Origin: Amoebophrya sp. A120
Lineage: Eukaryota; Protista; Dinoflagellata
NCBI GenBank assembly: GCA_905178155.1
Contig: CAJINV010000018.1
Coordinates: forward strand, 538,609-602,608
Direction: 5' to 3'
DNA length: 64,000 nt
Of this stretch, positions 56,954-64,000 are shown piece by piece. A program made the translations under genes and the position numbers. Below the pieces are notes generated by a model. The model saw nothing but the letters and a program-made list of their open reading frames with translations, was not told the DNA's origin and did not search any database. Within the stretch, counting starts at the first letter, position 1. Each line of letters begins with the position of its first letter.

Positions 56954-58956
56954 TTTCTCGATTTCCACAAAAGGTAATAGTGTTAGTGACAAGAATGATA
57001 AAGAAGTGGGTGACGAACAAGTCCCGGTTTGTAGTCGGAGAGAGTAAAACTAAAAATCACTTTCAGTTGAAGGTAAACTACGATGATGAAGCTTGAACGA
57101 AGTAGCGAGTGCGAGACGCAGCTGTAATGTTGTACTTTCGTGTTTTGAGGAATAGATGACAAGTTGTAGAAGTTGAATTTGGAAAAAATAACAGTTGAAC
57201 AGAATTATGAAGCTTCTGCAGCTTACTTTCCGATAGAGAAGTAGTAGAAGTAGTTGCTGGTTTGTTTTTTGATGAAAGATAAAGAACCTCATGGATATTA
57301 TAATCGGCGAAGAAAAAGAGAAACTCAGCAAGCAGTGCACCGAGTTGGAACTTGACATTTTGGCGCCGCCCGGCTTGTTTGTGCTGAGAAGTACCGCGAC
57401 CGATAGAAAGTTCGTGCTACGACAAGGACAATGTAGATCCATGATTTGATGTTACTTTGAGAAGTCCTACTCACAGACATTAGATCCTGCTACAAGAACT
57501 ACCGACCTAGAAACTGGACAGTGATCTGAGTCGATTTCGATCTTGGTTTTGGACGAAAGTAGGGAGCAAGCATTTTTGAAGATCTGCTGTTTTGTGTACC
57601 TCCTTGTTGAATAGAAATCAGAATATCATCTGTAGAGATGTATTATGCTGCTCCTGCTGAATCTGATCTTCATGCTGTTGTACAACCTCTAGTAGTGTTT
57701 GTTCTTGCGAACAACCATCCATGCGCCTTTTTTTTCTTCTCGCGCACAGGGGCTACTTACCTAGTACAGCAACTCCTTCAGGGGTGGAACAGACAGAGAG
57801 TCTTTCACCCCTTGGGGCGTGTTATCACTTCTTCATTCTTCAACATCGTCTTTTCATGATGGCGCGCCATCATGAAAAGCATTTTGCTAACATGGTCCCT
57901 TCATCGTTTTCACCATAGATGCGCAACTTGGAGTCCAAGTGACAGATAAGCACGCTAATGCTACGGACTGTTATTTCCAAATTTTTCACATTACATCCTA
58001 CATGCGATGATTTCTTCATTACAATAAGAACTACGTGCGATGATTTCTTTCATTACAATAAGAACTTTGAGTTAGCAGCTATTCTTAGTCAGTCTTACTT
58101 ACCTTTACTTTTTAAGAAAGCACAAGAGCAGTAGTAGTCCCGGGTTTTTTCAGCGCTTCTGGTTCTGGTGCCGGAGAGGATTTTTATTGAAATAGCGCTA
58201 GAGAAAAAAGGTGAGTAAACGCGTTCCCACCTTGACGCATAACTACAAACAAACAAACTTCGTACAGGATTGCTCATCATGCACTTCTTCATCATACACG
58301 GTGACGGTCCACTTCTATGTTGGTTCTCACAAGTACTAGATAGTTAAGTACTAATATCATGTCCGAAAATTGTTCACAAAATCGTTCAGCTGGTGGGTGG
58401 TAGTTCCTTAGACAGGAACTCACCTTCCATAAACAACTCTTTAAATTACCATAAAACCTCCAACAATTTTCCACCGGAAGAGCCGGATCGCCCGCCTCCA
58501 CTCATCATACACACAGCACAAAAGTATGACAGAAAACTGAAAACACTTCACAAATCATAAGTTCTTCAGCAACAGCTTTTTTTTCTTTGGTCAATCCTTC
58601 ACGCACTACAACCTCTCGCCAAAGATGTTACGTATAGAAAATTAATTGGTAGGACTTCTACAGATGTTGCGACATTCGACATTGTTCCTTCGGTCGCAAA
58701 AATTCTTGCCCCTCTTGTCGGTCGACCACGGCGGTGGAAGACTAAAAGCAGACCCGCCGGAACTACAAGCTGCACCCGTAGAATTTAATCTGACGAAAAG
58801 GAATTGGGCCTGTTGCAGCCGGGTCGTGCGAAATAAAATGCAGCCGCGCAGGTTGTCGACAAAAAACTCGCCTCTGCCCAAGAACAAAACGAGGAAGAAG
58901 ACTCCGCTGGAGCAGGTTATTCCGCATCAATCATTTACCCGCGAAATTTTTCCTCG

Positions 58957-61900
58957 TCACGCTTCAGGGGCGGTCTCTCCAGCCCCTGGAACGGCCGTGT
59001 ATGAGATGGCCGAGGAGGGGGGCCCGGAAACTGGCGCGGGGTTTCTCCTGCGACACGATCTCGAGGAGAAGATACTAAAAAACCCCCGATCTTCACAAGG
59101 ATCTTGATGTCTACTCTGCGCGCTAGGTGTAGTTCCATGTTGACCTCGAGTACTCGAGGAGGGGGGCGTAGCGTTTGCGTAGTTGGGCAGCACATTCCTA
59201 GTTGTACTGGAATCTCCTCGACCGCGCACCATATTCCCTAACCGCTGCTTCCACGTAGACGGAGCCACAGCCGCGAACATGCTTTCAATCTGCTGGACAA
59301 AAGCGTTTCGCACCGTCCACGCCGCTTCCTTAGCCCTCTCGGCCTGCTGCTCACGAAGTAGAGATAATTCTTGAGCTGCTCCTCCTGGCAAGGAGTCTTG
59401 CGCCCCCTCCACCCGGGCGAGCACAACAAGCCGCAGAGCCTGCTGTCGCGCCTCGAAGATGCCTCCCCGGAGCTGGTTTAGAAACAACTCCTGTCGGTGT
59501 GGCGTGCCGATGCTTGTGCGGAGGCTCGTCACGTAGGTCTCCAACGCCTTTTTGACTTTTGACAAGTCCCGCTGCGTTAATCTTTGAAAGGCCTCTTTCG
59601 TCGGACCCCTGACCTCGTTGATAGTTCCACCGACCCCCACTTTGTACCACCCCGCCAGACTCAACGTCAACGCGATTGACACCAGGACGGGGTTCTGCGT
59701 TTCGCGCGTGTGCTGCAGAAGTTGGTCCCACAATCCGGACCGAATCAGGAGATCGGGACGGACGGTCGCCAGCCACTGGGTTTGGCACACGTGCCGCCAC
59801 TGAAGTTCCCAAATTGTCTGTAAGGCAAGATCACTATTTTCGACGTCGGTGGTGTCGAAAAATGCTTGAAAGATGCTTGGCATCCTCTTTCGGTAGTCAT
59901 TGGGGAGCTTGCTCCACAGCAAATCCCGCCACTTCTGGATCGGCTGCGGCCCGTGTGCGGCCAGTTTTTCCCCGAAGTGCTTCAATACGAGCGGCAGGCC
60001 AACGAGTTGCTGTGCTGCACCAGCTGGGACGATTGTGCTCTGCTCGCGCGAAGAAGACCACGACGTTGATGCTCCCGAGTAGTCCCCTATGGGAGCGTCA
60101 GGTTTGAAATCGTCAAAGTTGAAATGATTTGTAATGCGTAAAATGCATGACCCGAGGCACGTGTGTTGCAGGGCAGGCAAGTGAGGCCGATTGTAAGCCT
60201 GTTTGGGGTTCCAGCTCGAGCTGCTAAAGTAGCATGAGAAAATCGCTCTTCTTTGCCTAAACAGCATGACAAACTGGAATTAGGGACCACCGAAATTTGT
60301 CATGCGCCACTTGGAATATGGCCATGTCAACTATCTCAACAAAAACGTTCTCAAAAATTTTTGGATAGCTACTTAAGATGCCTATTGATGTAATTACTTT
60401 TTATGTGCTCCAGTAGCTAGCCTGAGCGCATGCATTAGATAGATCAGTGAAGTAGGTAGCTTCCTGGTCTCCCGATCTGTTGCCTCCCGGACTCTTCGAA
60501 GGTTGGTTTGACCTCACAGAGGGCACCTCTGAGGGGTACCTCTGAGGGTACCTCCAGAGGGGTCTCGAAATAGGTGTGAGAAAGTTTCCCTGAGCCCCCA
60601 GCACTTTTTTCGCCATACCATCGGGAATTAACAACGTACTCAGACCATAAAAAAATGCTTCACTTCCCTTCTTCCTCAGCCCTCCCAGAGGGTGGCCCCA
60701 GAGGGTCGCGCATGGGCTTCCGTGTTCATTAGTTGTCGGAGATCAAGTCCGGAAAGTAGCAGAGCGGCGGACCAGGAAGGTACCTACTTCACTGATCTAT
60801 CTAATGCATGCGCTTCAAATAGCTAGTTTAATAGCTAAAAGCGCCTCTTTGTAAATAGTTAACTCATGCACCTAATCAAAAATTTTTGAGAATCTTTTTG
60901 TTGAGATAGTTGACATCGCCATATGGAAACTGGCTTCCGACTGGCGTCCATTTTATGCATGACAAATTATTTCAACTTTGTCGATTTCAACTCTGACACA
61001 TCCATATCCCCCCGCGTAGCCGTAGTTCCCTTCGTTTTATTGTCCATGATATCTCCCACCGCCCAGTGGAGGTATTTTTTATGGCGTTCTCAACTGTTAC
61101 ATCCTCAACTGTTACACGAATTTGCAATGCAAGAAGGGCAAAAGTGAAAGGAGGAAGATTGCGCCTTTTGCATTACAGATTTGGGACAGAATATAGTGCT
61201 ATTTAGCCCTCCGCAAATTTGTCATGCGGAGCAGCTTGATCGTGAGAATGATAATGGTGCTTTTGCATGACAAATTCATGTAACAGTTGAGAATGTAACG
61301 TTTGAGAACCCCATATTTTTCGACGGCCCCGTCGAGAAGGGGCGCTGTTCTGTCCAGCAGTGGGTGACGCGTGAAGAGCTGCAAAAGCACAGCCGTCGCG
61401 GGGCTTATTCCTGCCTCGGCCAAATCTTTTTTTTCGTCTCGTGCGCCCCTGCGACCATCAATCTGTGCATCTTCTTTCCTCACACGGTCAGCCTCCGCCA
61501 GGAACGCTTCCCAGACCACCGTCTCTGCCACGTAGACGTCTCCCTGTGAGGCAAAGCCCACGACGGGCCCGATGGCGTTAGATGTATCGGTGGATAGGTT
61601 TAGTGTGTCCAACGCATCTTCCAGAAGAGTAGTTGAGTTCATCTCGCGTTCGCCATTTAACATTTCATCTTCGGAACGAAGACTCTGACTCCCACTCTGT
61701 TCTTTCATGTGAAGACCCTCCTGGCCGCCGAGCCAGGAAGAGTCGTGCCACTTCGAACAGGCAGCAAGCAGGATAAATTTGATCAGGTCTTTGTATAACG
61801 GAGCCAAGCAGGGCTCTTTTTGCGCATGTTCTCCGGAAGAATTATTGACGAGAAAAATTCTCCGAAAGTCCTCTTTCGTCGCAAACTGACCGGCCCACGT

Positions 61901-62716
61901 CGCTCTGTTGACGTCTGCGAGGATTAGCGTAATGCTCTTCCTCGGACACAGCGAGCCCTCGAAAGAAGTCGTAGATGCAGCAGGTGCTGGGTCCTCGCGG
62001 GCCTGCTTGGCGCGACGAGCCTCTTCATCCGGCAGCTGCACGGCTGAGAGTTTTTCCCGTTTGGCTTGTAACTCGCGCGGGGGCATGATCCGCTTGTAGA
62101 CGGGGGAAAACACGAGAAGTTCGAACTCCCGCTCCAATGCTGCTCTGGTCTTCGGCGTAATCGTATCAGACTCGTGCTGTGCCGCGACGTACCATTCCTT
62201 CAGTGCTCTCAACTCAATGTCCTGCAGGAGGGCAACATCTCCATTTTTATCGTCCAGGTCGTATTGGTTTTTCATCTTCTGCGCAGGTGGAGATGAGGCT
62301 GTGGCGGGAACGAGTGTACGTGTACGTGTTGCCGACGCCGACTTAGAAGTCCGCCCAGAATTTGTCCCATTGGGACGACGATCCGAACCTGAGCTGCCAG
62401 CGGAGGTAGATCTAGATCCCAAGCTATTGGCAGACGGGGTCCTTGTCGAGGAGTTTTTAGAAGTTGTTCCGTGGTCCTCACGACCACGACGCCCATTGCT
62501 TATGCTTCCCTTTTTTGTGCGACCAGTAGATGTAGCTAACGCCGAGAGCGGCGGCCTGTGCGGTGAAGAACGTCGACCACCAGGCACTACGCCCGTCCCG
62601 GAGACTTTGTTCCCGCTGGGCAAAAACCCGCCCACCAGGAGCGCCGTTGTGCGCAGCAACAGCGCAAGGGGACGAGTGCAGCAGCTTGGAGCAGTCCACA
62701 TGTAGTTCTTGGTCAT
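58957..62716 (-). CDS. Large hypothetical protein (about 865 aa), 2 introner introns
   Basis: Removing 61080-61315 and 60088-61006 fuses two long ORFs: AVEK-YLHWAVGDIMDNKTKGTTATRGD-YSGAST. Confidence 0.75.
60088..61006. mobile_element. Introner family F carrying a nested element
   Basis: TSD TCCCC; colinear with 4458-4781 apart from the insert. Confidence 0.92.
60317..60923. mobile_element. Nested 607-bp foldback element (family M)
   Basis: About 47-bp TIR TATGGC.ATGTCAACTATCTCAACAAAAA..TTCTCAAAAATTTTTG; TSD TGGAA; inner 43-bp inverted repeat at 60426-60468 and 60770-60813. Confidence 0.92.
61080..61315. mobile_element. Introner family E
   Basis: TSD TTTTT. Confidence 0.9.
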
Positions 62717-63067
62717 GATTGTGAAGTTTTGATCTTTGTTTAATTTCAGTGTACTTGTTCTAGTACTTCTCTAGTACGGTAAATAAAATTTAGTAAGTGT
62801 CGCTCTGCTGTGAACTTATGTTCCTACCAACTCCAATCGCTTCTGTTTAGTAATGTTTTCGGTCTATTTGTAGAAGTAACAACTTCTTTTTGCAAGAACA
62901 GAGTCACAAGGTCAAACGTCGTCGGGTCTTAGCTATTATACATGTCAGAAAACTATCTTTATTGTAAAACAATCGCTTCTGGATCTGGTACACTTTTTTC
63001 AAGTCGTAAGCCGCTCTAACTACATCTACACTTTTTTCAAGTCGTGAAACAAATATTACTGTCTGTA

Positions 63068-64000
63068 CTTACATACATACACGATTCACTTTGCCCTGTG
63101 TCTGGGGTTCGTGACGCTCGATTTTTGATCGTGACACCTGGAAAGCGATCCACTCAAACGATTGTACGGACGAGCAAGTGTGTGGAGTAACCCTCTGTGA
63201 ACTTTCTGGTCTAGCAAGACCTGCGGATCATCTCAAGAGGTGAACATCGGAGCCAGGAGGAGCCTGTGCTGCCCCAAGGGGGGCGGGCGTCTGTGTGCGC
63301 TCCGGCAATCTCTATTCCTTGTTCCTGATGGCCACATCAATGCGGTTCGCGCTACAAGCGCCTTGTCGATCGATTTTGCCACGGTTTTTAGACGGCAGCA
63401 GCTTCAGCTGCGAGCTGACTGCGCTGCACATCTTGCATCTCGCCCTCGAGCAGATGTTGATGCGTGCCTACAAGGTGCAATGTCATACAAAATTCACTGC
63501 GACTGCCCCCGCGGGGCATCACAGTTCTTCGTCGGTGCTGGAATCATCGGGCGGCACGTGTGCCACGTAAGCGAAGACCTTAGCTAGGCGCTCCGGGCAG
63601 GAGAGCGCGTGGAGGTTTCCTATCCCGTAGCACTCGAGGAAGTGCGCGGGGCTGTCCTCTACCCGACGACATTTCGGACAGGGGACCCGTTCTAGCCCTG
63701 TTGCGGCGATTCTCTTGAACCTTGTGGCACCGAGGAATGCCGCCGCCGTCGTCTGGACGTGCCGGGACTCCCCCTGATTTGCAAGGACACGATAAAGCGA
63801 CTTGGCGCCGGCCCTGCCGCTGACGAAAGCAGTCGCGATCTCTCCGCTGACCGAGACCTCTGCCGCACCAAGGTCCTGCAGGAGCTTTGCCTCTTGCTCC
63901 GCCAGACGCTCCTTGACGTGTGCTTTTAAGTCCTCGACAGACAGAGGCGCGCCCCAAGCTGCACCAGCGTCGCCGTGGCGCAGCGCGGTCTCTGCCGCCT
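63068..64000 (-). mobile_element. 3' end of a second non-LTR retrotransposon
   Basis: Minus-strand frame open from the window edge to a stop at 63519, containing the CCHC knuckle CPKCRRVEDSPAHFLEC; short (TGTA)n tail near 63070; GC-rich. Confidence 0.6.

Noticed and set aside
52570-63046. Small tandem duplications at about 52570-52630, 57998-58065 and 62988-63046
   Set aside because: Ordinary slippage duplications of 20-35 bp with no further structure.
1-64000. Autonomous transposase, dinoflagellate spliced-leader relic, tRNA or rRNA genes
   Set aside because: None recognised by eye; HMM and covariance-model searches are needed to exclude them.

Overview
Eukaryotic genomic DNA, most likely from a syndinian dinoflagellate of the Amoebophrya type. 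This is inferred from a DVNP gene, a dinoflagellate-type eIF4E, all recognisable genes lying on the minus strand, and abundant non-canonical introns. The dominant feature is about 65 short (130-920 bp) MITE-like elements from at least 11 families with unrelated terminal inverted repeats (TIRs). They have TA(T/C)...(A/G)TA ends and, where intact, a 5-bp target-site duplication (TSD). Nearly all sit inside genes. Deleting an element plus one TSD copy by hand restores conserved protein motifs in an RluA-type pseudouridine synthase, DVNP, a GT31 galactosyltransferase, eIF4E, Kintoun/DNAAF2 and a KIAA1328-like protein, so they behave as introner introns, mostly without GT-AG ends. Less expected observations: most families share one internal motif (GCAT[G/T/C]ACAAA) despite different TIRs; copies occur in both orientations relative to transcription; elements nest inside each other; hybrid elements mark rearrangements, including an in-frame GT31-eIF4E chimera; and some introns appear to be converting to GT-AG. 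Also present: a 5'-truncated RTE-like LINE with an 11-bp TSD and a zinc-finger insertion inside its RT, the 3' end of a second LINE, three tandem secreted low-complexity genes with shared upstream DNA, and a perfect 73-bp palindrome. All splicing was inferred manually from DNA. There is no RNA evidence and coordinates may be off by a few bases.
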